The translations under genes and the position numbers were made by a program. Of a stretch of DNA of 64,000 bases, positions 63,511 through 64,000 are shown piece by piece. Below the pieces are notes generated by a model. It saw nothing but the letters and a program-made list of their open reading frames with translations, was not told the origin of the DNA and ran no database searches. The stretch is from Octopus sinensis (Eukaryota), in NCBI RefSeq assembly GCF_006345805.1, contig NC_043020.1, positions 11,098,001 to 11,162,000 on the forward strand, in the 5' to 3' direction. Within the stretch, counting starts at the first letter, position 1; every line of letters starts with the position of its first letter.

Positions 63511-64000
63511 GTAAGTCCAAATTCTCCATCCCAGTTCTACCATTGTCTACCATCTCCATCGTACCACCACATGGTTAGGTGCCACTGTTTTTGTTCTGTC
63601 TGTTTGTTTGTTTTCCTTGTTGCTTTTATCTTTCACTTGTTTCAGTCAATGGATTGTGGTCATACTGGAGTAACTCCAGTACTTATTTGCAGTCCGACAC
63701 TTTCGTTTTCAGAACTGCTATGTGGATGCAAACTAACCAACACTGGTTGTCGAGTGGTAGTAAGGGACAGACACAAAGACTCAGATACATGTATATATGT
63801 GTGTGTATGTGTTTTGTGTGTGTAGTATGTACATACATATGTGTGTGTGTGTTTTGTGTGTGTAGTATGTACATACATATGTGTGTATGTGTATGTGTGT
63901 GTGTGCAAGTGTGGCTGTAGTAAGAAGAAATTGCTGGCCTTGTGCCAAAATTTGAAATCATTACTATTATCAGCACTACAGTGGCAAGCTGGAGAATTTC

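Overview
Eukaryotic, AT-rich, repeat-saturated genomic DNA. The SINE, MITE and microsatellite repertoire points to an octopus (coleoid cephalopod) genome; this is inference. Two protein-coding genes lie head-to-head. (1) On the minus strand are six coding exons of mitochondrial transcription factor A (TFAM): 15119-15046, 11059-10938, 8026-7956, 7107-6958, 3886-3791 and 2714-2658. They give 190 codons with a transit peptide and two HMG boxes; the last exon lies left of the window. (2) On the plus strand are exons 1 and 2 of an M14B zinc carboxypeptidase (CPE-like), at 22378-22708 and 63305-63510, separated by a 40.6-kb intron. The ORF track captured none of the TFAM exons as an intact reading frame, and most listed ORFs are microsatellite or SINE artefacts. 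The rest of the window is tRNA-derived SINEs, LINE remnants (CR1/L2, RTE, Tx1/L1), Tc1/mariner/pogo and BEL fragments, Helitrons, piggyBac- and Merlin-like MITEs, Penelope-type repeats and long microsatellites. The most notable observations are: a 5.8S rRNA-SINE chimeric retrocopy bounded by a 17-bp target-site duplication; several minimal type-I hammerhead ribozyme motifs, two with intact cores; a Tc1+MITE composite split into two inverted halves 13 kb apart; MITEs with 8-bp TSDs, one family carrying TTAGGG repeats; and a candidate alternative ATG mini-exon in TFAM intron 1. Repeat boundaries are approximate unless a TSD or splice site is given.
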